This document shows, piece by piece, positions 13,263 through 25,944 of a stretch of DNA of 64,000 bases. A program made the position numbers and the translations under genes. Source of the DNA: Podarcis pityusensis (lineage: Eukaryota); assembly GCA_964106645.2 (NCBI GenBank), contig OZ067041.1, one strand, 5' to 3'. Under the pieces are notes generated by a model, which was not told where the DNA came from, did no database searches, and worked only from the letters and a program-made list of their open reading frames with translations. Position 1 is the first letter of the stretch; every line of letters begins with the position of its first letter.

Positions 13263-15456
13263 ATTGATCTTGAGAGAAGGATGTAAGATAGAGACATTAC
13301 AGCTTGGAAGAGTGTTAAATAATTTTAACTTGCTTAAATACATAACTGTAAATCTTGGTTAACATGGATGCAAATGTATGGTTTAAAGCTGTTTTCACTT
13401 TCCTGTCTGCTCAGCATCCTAAGTTCTCTAATCTCAGTAATACAACAGCATATTGAGGTTTCTCAGTGGTCTGAGAATTCAGAGATAACAGCAAATTAAA
13501 GTTAGCACAAGCTTCCCAGTTTTTCAGCCCCCAATAAACCATGGTTTGTTCAGACCTTAAATCAAATGGTCTGAATTCAGCCAAGCTCCTGCTCAAGCAT
13601 TTGTTACAAAACTGGGAACCATTGCCCTTCGGCTTATGGTTCTTTGGATCCAACCCAAGAACTTTGAAAGTTAGTCTGGAAAGACTATGCAACGCAGTCT
13701 GTGTGACAGAACAACTACACAAAACAATTGTCAGTTTGGTTTTTTTCCAGGGTCCCACTAACTTTTCTTTGTTCCCCAGCAGTAGTTTTGAGGTTATGTG
13801 GCTTCCTTTGATGATCTTTTATGCCTCTTTCTACTGTGATCTTGGTAGGATTTCAGAACACTATATGTAAAAGTAAACTTTCAAGATCAGCATGCTGTGA
13901 GAAGGAAAGGGAAGGGTAAAATAACAAAACGTTCAAATGTCATCATGTGTGCCTCTGCTTGGCTAATTTGAACTTTAAATGAGACTGGCAATATGAAGTT
14001 GCCAATCCCCAAGCATTTAATATGTGACTGTTAATTTATATTGTAATATTTCAGGATACTGTGATGCTAATAGCAAGTGCAAATGAAGTTTTACATGTAA
14101 ACAAGATGCATAATTATGTGTTTTGTCTATCCTCAGTGCAGGGCTTTTAAGATTAATTGCATGTCTCGGTTTGGATAATATGGCGACAAATTGGGTTTGC
14201 TACATGTGTAAGACTTACTGCAACTATGAGAACAGATGTATTTCAAGAGGTCCACAGATTATCCATAGGAAGGTGAAATTCATGCCTAATGCAAAATGTT
14301 TCTCAACAACTAGTAAGACTGGCCTTCTGCATTTTAGCAATGTAACAGAAATTGTAGCTACCATTTTACATTTACAGAAGTACATGAGATTTGACATTAT
14401 TGAATACACAAGTATCTGATTGTTGAGTTTTATCGTATAAATGATTAAAATGAAATTGTCTAAAGTGGCCATTGGCTACTGAGTGTTCTGATTAAAAGGA
14501 AAGGAAACAAAGTGAGTCTGGGCCGAAGAGCAACGGCCCTTTTCCCAGCCCTCGTCCCACCCCCCACCCCCAGCCATTGTCCTGCTAAGATGGGGGTGGA
14601 CCGACGGCCACCCTGCAGCAAGGTGGGTTGCACCTGGCCAGGTGAGCCCACGTGGTGTCACAAACCCCGCCCACCTCTTGGAGGGGGTGAGCAGAAATTG
14701 TGGACTCTGCACTACTTATGCCTCTCTCTGCCTCCTCTAGTAACCAGATGAAGAGCTCATTCTAGGACTTTATGGAAGAAAGTGTTAGGTGCACCTGGTT
14801 GCTAGGAGAGCAGAACAACCTCCTGACCATCCTAAACACTGTCTTGGGACAAGAAGCAAAGTGCCAATATATCAGCTCAGTACAGTAGATAAGGTATTCC
14901 GTTCCTTCCACTGATTTTCATGGGGTTTTCTTAGAGAGGAATAACATGTTGATTTCCTTCCCAATGAGCCTTTAAAGCACACTTCGTGCAGTCTCACACT
15001 CTTTATGTTCATGGACTTCTTTTAAGACCAAAGAACAGCAGTGCACCCTGCCAAGTGAAATGTCGTTTCTTAGTCACATAAGGAGATGCGCCAATTGTTT
15101 TCTTGAACTGGAATGCTGTACTCTGATAAAGATGAGAATCCTTAGTTTGGGAACCCAGCATATGAAATCATATGTCATATGGATGCATCTGACCTAAGGT
15201 AACATTAGCTGTTTCCTATATAACGCCTTACAAGGACTTAATGGCGCTACTTTGATGGACTGATAGGGGGCTTAATCCTTGGGAAATTATTGTTGTGGTT
15301 GCAGAGTCATAAACTCAAGGCCAATGTTGGGATGCAGGGTCAATGCACTCCCTCCTTTTTTTTCTTTCAAGAAAGCCTTATGTTAAATATTCACCCACAG
15401 TTTGCAATATCTTCCCTTCACACGATCAACTTGCATGCTTAGACGGCAAGTAAGTA

Positions 15457-15928
15457 CCGTATTTTTCGCCCTATAGGACGCACCGTCCCATAAGGCGCAC
15501 CTAGTTTTTTGGGGGGGAAATAAAGGGGGGAAAAATTATTTCCCCCCCAGGCGCAGGGCTGGGGCGGGGGAAGCCCGAGCTTCCCCTGACCCCAGCCCCC
15601 AGAACAGGCAACTCTCTGCAAGCCGTGGGAGCCCGACACCGGGCTCCCACGCCTTGCGGAGAGCTGCGCAAAGTCTGGGCACGCTGAGCTCAGCGCGCCC
15701 AGCCTTTGGCATGCAGGCAACTCTCTGCAAGCCTTGGGAGCCCGGCATGGGCTCCCATGGCTTATGGAGATCTGCGCGAAGCCTGGAGAGCGAGAGGGGT
15801 CGTTGCACACCGACCCCTCTCACTCTCCAGGCTTCAGCGAAAGCCTGCATTCGCCCCATAGGATGCATACACATTTCCCCTTCATTTTTCGAGGGGGAAA
15901 AGTGTGTCCTATAGGGCGAAAAATACGG
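15457..15928. mobile_element. Tc1/mariner-superfamily (Tc2/pogo-like) MITE
   Basis: 27-bp TIRs CCGTATTTTTCGCCCTATAGGAC(G/A)CAC, 26/27 identical, with TA duplicated on both sides. GC/CpG-rich interior. Confidence 0.92.
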
Positions 15929-16811
15929 TAAACTGTAAGATTTGTGTCCAAAGTAGCACTAAGTCATTGGTTCTGCTTGTGCAATAGAACTGCTCCCTCT
16001 CTACCCCTCCTAAATCTGTTTTGGGGGTTCCCCTAACTTTCCAGAGCTTATTGGGGGGATAGGGCATGCACAGTGGAGGGGGGGTGAGAGGGGAAGAATT
16101 CCATTGCACAAGCACATATCATTTTGGTAATGGAATGGAGGCATTGGATTCCACCCCCAACCTTCTCAGTACTGGCACCTCAGTTAAGAAATCTCCTCTC
16201 AGATATGGCTAGTGGCAACTTTGAGTTTTCAGCACCTGCTGAAGTCTCATTTATTCATTGAGGCATTTGGAGGAGGCTGCTGGGTTGTTAATCTTGTTGA
16301 TTTTAGATTGTTCTGTTACTTGTTGTAATATGTATTTTGTGTTGCTTTTAATGTAGCCCACTCTGGGATTGTCTTGGCAACAAAGAGTGGGTAAGAAATA
16401 CTATGTTTCAAGACCTGTCAGAATTTTAAATACAGGGTATATGTACAGCTAGAGCAATCCTCTTAAGTGGAAAAACCTTGGTGGAAGTGCAAAGAAGCAG
16501 AATAGCAGAGTCAAGAAGCCTGTGAAGACAATTTAGATGCATGGTCCAAAGAGACGAAAGGAACTTAGGAATTGAAATGGTTTAGAATGTCAACAAGCTG
16601 GGATATGAAGACACTGTTGCATACAATGATCTGTCTTTGCCAGCACAATACAAAAGGACAGAGGACTTTCTCTGGGCTTTCTCCTAGGAGTGCTGAGTGT
16701 GAGAAGATTGTCATACCAAGAGGCCTATGTTGCGGAGAATTGTATGTGCATATCATGTTAACTGAAGCTTTTACATATTCATTGACAGTGTTTAACTGAC
16801 AAGACTTTTTA

Positions 16812-17967
16812 TTTTTTTATAAGATATTTATTGAGATTTTCCAAATGTTACAATATAAAAATGACAAAAAAAATACAAAATACAAAATAAAAATGATTTA
16901 AAAAACCACTCAATTTTTCCATTACTTATTTTTCCTTAGCTTGTTTCCCGGACCTCCTCATACCTCCCTTTTTTGTATTCCAGTTCAATTTGTTGGTTCA
17001 GCAAATCCTTACCCTCTTTGTTTATCCTAATCTTTGGTCTTAAAATAGTAACATTAAATTTTTACCTATTAACAACCCATTTTTCATATTCCCTTAAAGC
17101 ATTACAGCTGGAAACCACTTAATTTCTATCCAACATCATTCTAACATTCATTAATTTTACAATATTTCTGTAGGTAGTCTTTGAATTTCTTCCAATCTTC
17201 TTCCACCGACTCTTCTCCCTGCTCTCGGATTCTGCCAGTCATTTCTGCCAGTTCCATATAGTCCATCAGCTTCATCTGCCATTCTTCCAGAGTGGGTAGA
17301 TCTTGTGTCTTCCAATACTTTGCAATGAGTATTCTTGCTGCTGTTGTGGCGTACATAAAAAAAGTTCTGTCCTTCTTTGGCACCAATTGGCTGACTATGC
17401 CTAGGAGAAAGGCCTCTGGTTTCTTCAAGAAGGTATATTTAAATACCTTTTTCAATTCATTATATATCATCTCCCAGAAAGCCTTAATCCTTGGGCACGT
17501 CCACCAAAGGTGAAAGAATGTACCTTCAGTTTCTTTACATTTCCAGCATTTATTATCGGGCAAATGATAAATTTTTGCAAGCTTGACTGGGGTCATGTAC
17601 CACCTGTATATCATTTTCATAATATTCTCTCTTAAGGCATTACATGCCGTAAACTTCATACCTGTGGTCCATAACTGTTCCCAGTCAGCCATCATTATGT
17701 TATGTCCAACATCTTGTGCCCATTTAATCATAGCAGGTTTCACCGTTTCATCCTGAGTATTCCATTTCAACAGCAAGTTATACATTTTTGACAAAATCTT
17801 AGTTTTGGGTTCTAACAGTTCTGTTTCTAATTTTGATTTTTCCACCTGGAAGCCAATTTTCTTGTCCAAATTGTATGCCTTTATTATCTGATAATAATGA
17901 AGCCAGTCTCGCACTTTGTTTTTTAATTTCTCAAAACTCTGCAATTTCAGTCTATCTCCATCTTGTT
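16812..17967 (-). mobile_element. 5'-truncated L1-clade LINE (ORF2 C-terminus, 3' UTR, A-rich tail)
   Basis: ORF 17141..17944 has the CCHC knuckle CWKC-x8-H-x4-C (CWKCKETEGTFFHLWWTC). Minus-strand AATAAA at 16827-16832. TSD AAGACTTTTTA at 16801-16811 and 17968-17978. Confidence 0.92.
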
Positions 17968-18987
17968 AAGACTTTTTAAAATATACTTGCAACCAGCTTT
18001 TACTGATATGTTTGACATTTAAAAATGGTTTTCCTGTGTTTTTTAGGTTGTGTACTGCCTCGTGATGTTTTATAATGAATTCGAGGTTCATGAATATTTA
18101 TTCACAGCTTCCTTTCTTGATCATTCATTGGGGTTTAGTTCTTTAGCCTTTATTTTTGCCACCAGTGGTATGCAATGAATACAGCAAAATGATATTGATC
18201 TTTGGTCAAATCTCCTTCTATCTGAAATGGTCCTTCTTTTCCATGGACCAGCAAACATGCAACTTTGGGTGGGGTAAGGGTACATATCCAGAATGGTCGG
18301 GGCAGAGGGAAGGATCACTCTCCAAGCCAACCAGGCCAGTTGAATCGACTCTGGCAATGTCATAGCAAGATGGCAAAATGACATCAATACTAGCCTCTCC
18401 ACTGCAAGACTTGTCAACATCATTCTGGGCATATGGCTGTAAGACAGCGTGAGAACACTTCGAAAATTGCCATGCTAGACCAACTCCAAAGAACTCATAC
18501 TGAGGGTTGTATTCTGCATAGCACTATGTGAATGTTCTCTCAGTACAAGGGATTTCTGCTGCTGCAATAGAATGTTCCTTCCTCTTCTACCTGCATGCCC
18601 CCTAAATCTGTTCTAGGGGAGAGCACGTGCTGTGAAGGGGGAAAGTCCATTCACACAAATGGAAACCCTTGGATTGAGAGGACGTATTAGTTGAATACTG
18701 CTTATTATCTGAAGGGGTTCCCTCTCCCTGCTCTAGGCACTTATGAGGGGCATGGTGATGGTGATAGACATCTCTTGTTGCTTATCCCTTGCATGTGACA
18801 CCTGCATAGCAGGGAGTTTTTGCTAGTTGTCTCTAACAAGGTTAGAGCCCATCCAGACTTCTTTGGCTGCCACTTTGGTTGGGTTTTATGAGCCTGCCTG
18901 GTTGTTTATTGTGTAGGCTGGCTTCTGGGTGAGGCAGTGCAAAAGCCAGGGACCCAAGTTAAACCAAACCACCCATCCAGCCCCAAG

Positions 18988-19077
18988 CATAGCTGTCAAC
19001 TTTCCCCTTTTTTAAAAGGAAATTTCCTTATTCCGAATAGGATTCCTCGCAAGAAAAGGGAAAAATTGACAGCTATG
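18988..19077. mobile_element. 90-bp hAT-type MITE
   Basis: TIR CATAGCTGTCAA / TTGACAGCTATG. Perfect 8-bp TSD GCCCCAAG. Confidence 0.9.
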
Positions 19078-19392
19078 GCCCCAAGTGACATCTGTGCACC
19101 GAGAGCAGCAGCAACTGTTTCTGCATTGGTTTGCTAGAGGACACAAAGTAGATCCAGCACCCCTCCCATTGCCTTGATACTATTGCAGTGCCAATTTAAA
19201 AGTCAGGGACAGGCTGGTGTGTCCCCCCACCTCAAAAAACCCACTGGATAAAAGATTTTCAATGTTTTTGCTACATTTATATCCCACATTTCTTCCAGAG
19301 TGGTATTTGAATCATCACTAGGAGTCCTTCACTCCATGCACTGACCAGACCCAGACCTGCTTGGCTTCTGCAGGTGGAGGTTACCTGTGTCT

Positions 19393-19790
19393 GGAAGGGC
19401 TGTGGTAGAGCACCTGTTTTACCTGCAAAAGGTCCCAGGTACAATTCCCAATCATCTCCAGTTACAGCTGCAGAACCACTTCCAGTCAGTCCACACTTCT
19501 GTTTGCCCCATGCCTAGAAAGCACAGTTTTCCTCTTGCCCTGCACTTTCTGGGCTCAAGGCCAAGTGGTTTCCTCCTTTCCTCATTTCCTGGAGGAAACT
19601 GCTCTTTAGTGCTGAATCAGAGCAAACGTCAATCCAGAAAGAACCTGAATTGCTGTTTGCTCCAATTGAGTGCTAAAGAACGATTTCCTCCAAGGAAAAG
19701 CAGTGGGACAAGAGGAAGGGGGTGAAAGCCCAGGACTGAGCTAGATGGACCAATGGTCTGGCTTGGTTTACAAAAGCTTCCTGTGTTCTT
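19393..19790 (+). mobile_element. tRNA-derived SINE (Squam2-like) interrupted by an inverted-repeat segment
   Basis: Head GGAAGGGCTGTGGTAGAGCACCTG...AAGGTCCCAGGTACAATTCC to ~19461. Tail ACTGAGCTAGATGGACCAATGGTCTG...AGCTTCCTGTGTTC at ~19735-19790. Unrelated palindromic DNA lies between. Confidence 0.6.
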
Positions 19791-20521
19791 GCATCTTCAG
19801 ATAAAACCCTGGGACCAAGTACAATCGGCACTTTATTAACATTGATCATCCTTAATTCTATATAGTGGATAAATTGTATCTACAGTTTACTGCATTCCAT
19901 TACAAATTAATATTAATTGGTTATATTGATGCCCCCGCCCCGCCCCGCACCCCCCCAAAAAAACTCACTGTAGTGCTTTTCAAAAACAACAAAAGTCTCC
20001 TGTGTTGGAATTGGCTTGGCCTGCAGCGTGGCTTTGATTTTCTGATGTTATGAGAAGCATGTGACCAATTAAGGTCTGACAATCAACTGATTTCAGTCAG
20101 TAACTTGGGGAAGGGTTGCTAATTATGTATAGCCCTGTAAGTGTAGCAGAGTGATATGGAACTGGGGAGATAAGACCCACAAATAACCCAGCTGGAAGAT
20201 AGAAAAATGGCCTGTGACTGTCCGTTTACATGACTCTGCTTTAAGGGCATACAAAAAAGAGAGAGAACCCTCTTCAAGTCATTTGGTTCATATTAAGCTT
20301 GTTTTCTTGCTATCATTTTTTTATTGTTCAGATTCTGGTAGGACTCTATGTTGTTTTTGTTTAGTACTTTTCCCTTTTTTTACTTTCTTCTTGTCTCATT
20401 GCATTGATTGCATTTCCCCAAATGAATTTATTAAACGTATTTGCCCAAAATAGTGGATTTTGTTGCACATATCGTAGCGCAGGAGAGGTGGGAGTGGTTT
20501 ACAAATCTATTAATAACGATA

Positions 20522-20820
20522 ATTTCCCTCACTGCGAGAAGTGAAGTTACAGGGAACCAGACAGAAGGCCTTCTCGGCAGTGGCGCCCTCCCTGTGGAAC
20601 TCTCTCTGATCAGATGTCAAGGAGATAAATAACCACACAACTTTTAGAAAACATCTGAAGGCAGCCCTGTATCGGGAAGTTTTTAATGTTTGACATTTTA
20701 TTATGTTTTTATATTCTGCTGGAAGCCACCCAGAATGGCTGGGGAAACCCAGCCAGATGGGCGGGGCATAAATCATCTATCTATCTATCCATCTATCTAT
20801 TTATCTATTTATTTATTTTT
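20522..20820 (+). mobile_element. L2/CR1-clade LINE 3' end with (TCTA)/(TTTA) tail
   Basis: Encodes KAFSAVAPSLWNSL...TFRKHLKAALYREVF, typical of an L2 ORF2 C-terminus, followed by a simple-repeat tail. Confidence 0.78.
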
Positions 20821-22939
20821 ACAGTAAAGTGTCAATGCAACCTGACAAAAATAAAATACAGCATAGTCAAATTCAAAAGCAGATAAAAAATTTAAAACTC
20901 TTAACAATACAAGATACATAAAATGTTCACCCAACAATAAACTAATAAAGTACCAAGCCCTACCTATGCCACTAAAAGTTGGCCCTTCTATGTACATGTT
21001 TAGATGTGAGGAATAATGTAGATAGAACAGGTAGAGTGAAAGGTAGAAAATGCAATGGCACTTGCAGGTGATACTCAACTAAGTCATACTCTATGAGTAA
21101 ATCAACTGAAATCAGCATGATGAAGCTACTTGTCCATCAATTTCAGCAGGTCCAAAGTTGGATTGAACCCTGCATGTTTACATCTGTGCAAAGCCAGCAC
21201 AGATCACAGATGAGAGAATATGCCAGTTGCCTGCAGCAGCAAAGACAATTGGCTGGCACATCTATGGGGCAGTTTGCTTGCTAAAACGGTCTGAGTTTTC
21301 TAATCCACAAATAATTTAGCAGCTTCTCATGTACGTTTGGGGCATAGTTGTTACTGAGGTGCTCTCCCTTGAATTGTTACTGGGAGCTTGGCCTTGCTGT
21401 CATTTTAGTCTCCCTTAAGGTATATTGTCCTCTTGTCTAAAAAGAGAGGTTTTCTTGCCCTGGCTCTGTGGCTTAGGGACAGCCCAGACAAGGAAGTTCT
21501 GTTTGTCATTGAGAAATTGTGGGTTCTAGTTTGACACATGGGTATTATAGATGAGGATAAATCCTTTGGTTGTCCGAATTAAGCCTAAAAATATGATGTT
21601 TCTGTATTGCTGCAGTTTATCGTCTTGTTTCATCCTCTGCTAGCTAGAGCCTTCAGGCATTGAGGGGGCCTCATGTAAATGAAGATTCCTATCTTTTTAT
21701 ATAAATAAAATTGAAGTAGAAAGGAGAACAGCAGCTTTTCTAAACCACATTCCATAGATATATTTTTTATTTTGGCTTTATTTCAGATCAAGTTGTGTTG
21801 AACATCCCATTGAAAACTACACTAGTCAGCCATTCAGCCGTCAGTTCAGGGTGAGGTGAATTGCATTTCATGTGTCTACTGACTAATGCAGTTGGAATGA
21901 TTTTCTTCCTTGGGCTTCACTTCTCTTTGAAAATTTCTCTCCTAATTATTTGAAGTCTAATGCCCTCTTCTAAAATAATTAGGTTTTGTACACTTCCAGA
22001 CTGTTGCAACTGACAATACAAGGTGGGTAGATGTCTTACTGTGTACTTAAGCAGTGTTGTGCCTGCCTAGCTTTTTGCATGAGAAAATGCCAGCATACCA
22101 CCATTAAGAAAAGAAACTTCTGTAAGTATTAAAATGAGTTGCCTAGACTGATCTCTTTAATTCTAAAATAGAATAACTATCACCGCAAAGTGGCTCTGAG
22201 CATGAAATACAATTATCAATGAAGTAAAGATGAGTTTTAACACCATCACGTGTCAGTAAAATCATCTTAAAGACATTGCATTAAAAATAAATAAATCAGT
22301 GTTTATCATCCTACTGTTTTCTGTTAGTCAAACTTTCCAACTAAACATATGTCCCTCTTTCATTTTAGAAAAGAAATAAAAATGGGTTAGAGATAAGGCA
22401 GACAGATAATTAAACTTCAAACACTGCTGCTGCGAAAAGTCTTGCTGCTTTTTGTTTAGGCTTTGAAAATGCAGCAGCTTAATGCCGCTATTGTATGGAG
22501 GGAAAATATGCTAATGTGAAGCACATTTCCCATCAGAATCCCTTTCAGTCATGTCATAGTTGAGATATGAATGATGATAAAAGAGGAAAGAATGGAGAGG
22601 CCTGTATTATGAGAGCACTGCTGTTTTGTTGTTATGCATTGAGAAAAGGGATGAATAGAGATGAAGAGTTCAGTCACCCATGAAGACCCATGGCCTCTTG
22701 GCTGCTCAGGGATGAGTGGGTTCTCATGGACTCAGTCTGTGCTTCCTTCCCGGCCAGCTCTTCTGGAAATCTTCCCTTCTCAGGCATCCCATATCTGGGG
22801 CCGCCACACACCTCCCTGAAGTACAACAAGGCCATGTACAATTAACTCGTTAAGTTTATGAGGGAGCAAAGTCAAAAGAGGAGACTAGCCCTGCCTGCCA
22901 GCTTATTGGCCTTGGGCTTTCCTAACAAATGGAAAGGTT

Positions 22940-23086
22940 AGAAATATAAATAAAAAATAAAAAATTGTCCAGTAGCACCTTAGAGACCAACTAAGTTTGT
23001 TCTCAATATGAGCTTTCGTGTGCATGCACACTTCTTCAGATTTTTTTTTATATATTTCTACTGTGTCAGACCAACATGGCTGCCTG
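22940..23086. mobile_element. Penelope-like element remnant with an inverted segment carrying a hammerhead core
   Basis: 13-bp TSD AAATGGAAAGGTT at 22927-22939 and 23087-23099. AGAAATATA / TATATTTCT inverted overlap. CTGAAGA...GAAA core on the minus strand. Confidence 0.8.
23008..23041 (-). ncRNA. Minimal type-I hammerhead ribozyme core (Penelope-type), helix I truncated
   Basis: Minus strand reads AU-CUGAAGA-A-GUGUGCAUGCACAC-GAAA-GCUC-AU. Core boxes are intact, helix II is a perfect 14-nt palindrome, and helix III is the palindromic AGCU. Confidence 0.7.
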
Positions 23087-25739
23087 AAATGGAAAGGTTG
23101 TATATCCAGATTTGATCACAAATTTTGGAGATTTGAGACTGCAGAAGCTGCTTCATGCATATCTGTGAACCCTTGTTTCCAAGCAGGGCAACCTTCTTTC
23201 TTCAGCAGTCTTTTAAAGAGGAGAGTCTCCGTGTCTATATCCACACAATTTCAGGCATGTCTTGCACATCTTCTCTGCCCACTTCTTCATAAATACATGT
23301 GTAATTTTCAAAGAGAAGTGAAGTCCAAGGAAGAAAATCATGTGTTCTTGGTGCCATGCTCAGAAGTGATGTGCTGACTGCTGTGTTTGCCATCAGTGTA
23401 TTATTATTTTTCTAAGAGTTAGAGCTTCAGGCTGCAATCCTATTCACATTTACCTTGTGAGTAAGCCCCACTAAAAACAATAGAATTTACTTCTGCACGG
23501 ACAAGCATAGAATTTCAGTGCCAGTTACCATAGCATGAAGAATTTTGTGATGCGTGAACTTTGAGTACAAGAGAAAAACTAGTCCATTTGAGGAAATCCT
23601 TTGATGGACTTGCTTGCCTACCTGAACATGTCCCACCTCTGATGCACAGATGGAAAAATAATAGTCACAGATCATGAATTTTGTGTGGCAGGGGATACAA
23701 GTCTGTGATGATTTTGCCATTGGTTTTAGTGGGAGGTCAACTGCATTTAAGATACAAAAGCAGGTAATATTTATGCAGATTTCTGCCCCGCCCCCCCATT
23801 TTCTCGCACTCATGTTGAGTTTCCCAAGGAAAGCGTTGACAACCCATGTCTAGAGTAGACAAAATGTTAGAAATAAATACTGTAGGCAATAATCCTACTC
23901 TGGCAAGGCAATTTACTAGACAGCCAATCTGGTGATGCAGAATCAAGGCTGCTACTCTTGTCCTCAACTCACCCTACAGTGCTTTTGTGTTCAAGTTCAT
24001 TGTGTATATAAAATCCCCTACTGTTTTGAGATTTGGCAATGCATAGTCCCAGACTAAACATGCAAATTTCTTAGCTTCTGTCACTTCAAGTAGTCCAATA
24101 TGAAAGTAACTTAACAAAAAAAAAAAAAATCACCTGGAGTTTCAAAGAGCATGCTCCACTTGAGTGTATGATACAGTGTTGATGTGAGTGAAAGAGAACT
24201 ATTAGACTTCAGCTGTCATTATTGATTGCTCCTGATTTGCATTCTCTAGGGCATTGTGAAGGGGAGAAAGAAGAGTTATTTTTTATGCATACACAGGGGT
24301 CCAATCAAGACACAACTTGAGCCTGGGCTTCCTATGCACGAGGTATGAGGGAATGGCAGCTTAGAAGAGGTTGTGGAGAGCATGGTGATAAGTTGGGAGC
24401 TCTGTAATCCAGTATTTTAGTAAGAGAATTTGTGAAGAATATTTGAAGGTGGGAAAGTACAGTGCACATTCAGATGCGATAGATGGCTTGTGACACTTTA
24501 TCATGATAACCAAAGCGTATCCACTTCTTTAAAAGTGGTACACCAAGGACTGGAATTGGAATTTCTGAGTACTTAATTCCACAAGGTCAGGACTTCAATT
24601 TGCTGTGAGTTAAAAAGAAAAAAGGTTGCAATGTAGGAAAAAAGCAATCCCTACAGGATCTCTGTGAATACAGTAAATTGTAAGCTGTTATCAATTATGC
24701 AAACTGGTATGTGATCTAATGAAATGAGACTTGATTAGAAGGATGCACACTCCACTTCGGAAAAAGAAGCAGAGGGAGCAGATCCAAGGTGAAATCCACA
24801 ACGAGCACAGCAAAAGAAAACATTTGCCAATATATTTACAGTATTAAAATGTGAACTGTACTTGTGTACAGATAGCAGTCTAACAGACGTCTGGATTAAA
24901 TTCAATGCTGGTGACCCACTTTTGATCCAGCGGTGGCATCCGCTAATGCTTACACCAGTTTTCACATCCTAGTGCAACCCTTTACACCCCCTGAAAATAC
25001 TTATGGATGGCAGAGGATCTGCACAGGTCAGCATAGAAGCCTCTGGATCAGTAGTTGTTCAATGGGCAGGATGGCATAGCTGGATTTCATCCATCTGTTT
25101 CTTTTAAGGTCCTGGATATGTAATATACCTGGATTCAAATATGAAGGCCTTGTTTGGATGTTATGCTAAAATATGGTTTATATTAATGAACCAGAGTGTA
25201 CCTTACACCTGCAGTGAAGCCACAAGAAGAATGGAAGATATTTTTTTAATTACTTTTGGGTTATATGCAGTTTAACTTTATGCCTGAACCCAGAAATGCT
25301 GTGGGTTAACAATGGTTTATGAAACAGGCATGTTTCAATAAATTGTGGTCTAAATTAGCCATGATGTAACTGACTGCTTGGAAGAGAGGCAGAGTCCTGT
25401 CTCACTTGCAGAGAAGTGTGAATAAGGAAACAACAGTGGAGAGAAATAGTTGCTTCTCTTCTTGCTCAGAGCTCTCTGCCACTGAGCAGTATCCCCACAC
25501 TCCTCAAAGTCCTTTTTGTTTGCCAGAGTGCTCGGAGGGAGAAGTGGGAGGCTTTAAAAGCATTATTTAAAATTATATAATCCTGTGGAAAGAATGGTTA
25601 TTTATCTGCAGGTGCGTGTGTGCACACACACACACACACACACACAATATTACTAAATGCATCCTTAGAAACAATACAAAAGTATGAAATCAACAAGGCT
25701 TTGAAGTTGTTTGCAGCTTCACCCCATGCATTGAGGGAC

Positions 25740-25885
25740 AATGTGGTGTTGTGCTTAATGAGTTGGGCTAGGACTGTGAAAGCTCCAGTTCAAGTTTCTG
25801 CTCAGCTGTGACCCTCACTGGGAGATTTTGGGCCAGTCTATAGTGCTCTCTTGTCTAACCCTCAAAGTGGTTGTGGTGATAAAAC
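25740..25885 (+). mobile_element. Old Ther1/MIR/Squam3-related SINE remnant
   Basis: Degenerate TGTGGTGTTGTGCTTA...CCAGTTCAAGT...GGGCCAGTC...GGTTGTGGTGATAAAA. Confidence 0.5.
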
Positions 25886-25944
25886 TATAGTTTGAAGTAA
25901 TAGAGTTCATCTATGGAATTTGCTACCACAAAAAGTGGGACCAC

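Noticed and set aside
15439-15931. Four overlapping GC-rich ORFs
   Set aside because: They lie over the TIR-bounded MITE. The open frames follow from high GC, and there are no transposase motifs.
17141-17944. 267-aa ORF as a host or novel gene
   Set aside because: It is the C-terminus of a LINE ORF2 inside a TSD-flanked, 5'-truncated insertion, and its listed start is TTG, not ATG.
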